From Candidatus Krumholzibacteriia bacterium (GTDB lineage Bacteria > Krumholzibacteriota > Krumholzibacteriia > WVZY01), in contig JBHHVD010000004.1 in assembly GCA_046754105.1 (NCBI GenBank), positions 1,319-65,318 of the forward strand: a stretch of DNA of 64,000 nt, in the 5' to 3' direction. A program made the position numbers and the translations under genes. Shown here in pieces: positions 63,226-64,000 of this stretch; the first letter of the stretch is position 1, and every line of letters starts with the position of its first letter. Under the pieces are notes generated by a model. It saw only the letters and a list, made by a program, of their open reading frames with translations, ran no database searches and was not told where the DNA came from.

Positions 63226-63966
63226 TCAAAACTTCTCGCCGGCCCAGTCGGCCACCGCGTCCGCCACCTCGGCCATCACTTCTTCCTGGGCGCGTCCGGA
63301 TCGTTTCAACACCTTGAACGAGTGGTCGCCGCCGTCGACCACGTGCAGGGTCGCCCGTGCCCCGAGCCGACGGCAAACACCGCGCACGAGCTTCTCATCC
63401 GCCAGAGTGTCGCGCGTGCCCTGGACGAACAACATGGGCGCCTCGACGGCGTCCAGGTGTTCGGCGCGTACCGTGCCCGGCTTGCCCGGAGGGTGGAGGG
63501 GAAAGCCCAGGAACACCAACCCGTCCAGCCCCGCGACCACACCCTCGGCCACCGCCAGCGAGGTCATTCGGCCGCCCATCGACTTGCCGCCCGCCAGGAC
63601 GGGCCGCCCCCCGGCCCTTCCGCGCGCCTCCTCTACTGCCTCCGCGACCACCGACTTGAGCGACGCGGGAGGATCGGGCCGGCGCCGGCCGGCACTCATG
63701 TACGGGAACTCGTAACGGAAGGTCCCCACGGAGCGGCGGGCCAGCCGTGCCGCCATGTCTTCGAGGAACGGGTGCCGCATGCCTGCTCCCGCCCCGTGCG
63801 CGAGCACGTAGAGGCATCGCGCATCGGCTGGTATTCGCTCCAAAGTTTCCATCGTGGCCGCGCGGGCAACGGCAGGCCGGACGGTGCTACGGTGCCTTCG
63901 CCCCACCGCGCCGTGCCTCGCCACCTCTCCCCGTGTAGATCTCGCCCCCCAGTTCCCGGAACTCAC
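63226..63966 (-). CDS. Alpha/beta hydrolase (dienelactone-hydrolase-like)
   Basis: [11 protein letters not shown] is the nucleophile elbow, and the protein has a C-terminal HS motif. The likely start is the internal METLERIP (63852). Confidence 0.65.
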   Translation of the reverse strand: MSSGNWGARSTRGEVARHGAVGRRHRSTVRPAVARAATMETLERIPADARCLYVLAHGAGAGMRHPFLEDMAARLARRSVGTFRYEFPYMSAGRRRPDPPASLKSVVAEAVEEARGRAGGRPVLAGGKSMGGRMTSLAVAEGVVAGLDGLVFLGFPLHPPGKPGTVRAEHLDAVEAPMLFVQGTRDTLADEKLVRGVCRRLGARATLHVVDGGDHSFKVLKRSGRAQEEVMAEVADAVADWAGEKF

Positions 63967-64000
63967 CCGCTTTTTCTTGCATGCCGGTGCTCACCGCCTG

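Overview
This is a high-GC (roughly 65-68%) bacterial chromosomal segment that is densely coding on both strands. I saw no rRNA, tRNA, CRISPR array, transposase or integrase. Intergenic regions are short, and several show sharply AT-rich promoter-like cores. Gene content by position: (1) a partial M6-like metallopeptidase on the minus strand that runs off the window start, plus a lipoprotein. (2) A plus-strand operon for propionyl-CoA carboxylase in three separate subunits (CT beta, biotin carboxylase, BCCP), followed by a methylmalonyl-CoA mutase catalytic subunit and an epimerase. (3) A convergent minus-strand operon: meaB, a second acyl-CoA mutase catalytic paralog, a B12-binding small subunit, acyl-CoA dehydrogenase, thiolase and 3-hydroxybutyryl-CoA dehydrogenase. 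(4) A secreted lamin-tail-domain protein, gatCAB and uvrD. (5) An outer-membrane block: a 1078-aa protein combining a peptidase-like domain, a TolB-like propeller and an Omp85 barrel, then tamB and tamA; then the conserved rseP-dxr-cdsA-uppS-frr-pyrH-tsf-rpsB and rplM-rpsI clusters. (6) Alternative complex III (actA-B-C-D-F, with no actE in its usual slot) contiguous with a caa3-type oxidase block (ctaB, cox II/IV/III/I, sco) and an unusual membrane protein with a C-terminal cytochrome c domain. (7) A YyaL-like thioredoxin protein, sodC, an LpoB-like lipoprotein pair, an aminotransferase, an exonuclease, rpiB, an SDR, two hydrolases and a Leu/Val-type amino-acid dehydrogenase. The strongest candidates for something new are the second mutase paralog with a non-canonical His/Gln substrate-pocket pair, the Omp85 fusion protein downstream of tamAB, and the ACIII-caa3 locus architecture. 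The long antisense ORFs in the six-frame track are high-GC artefacts.
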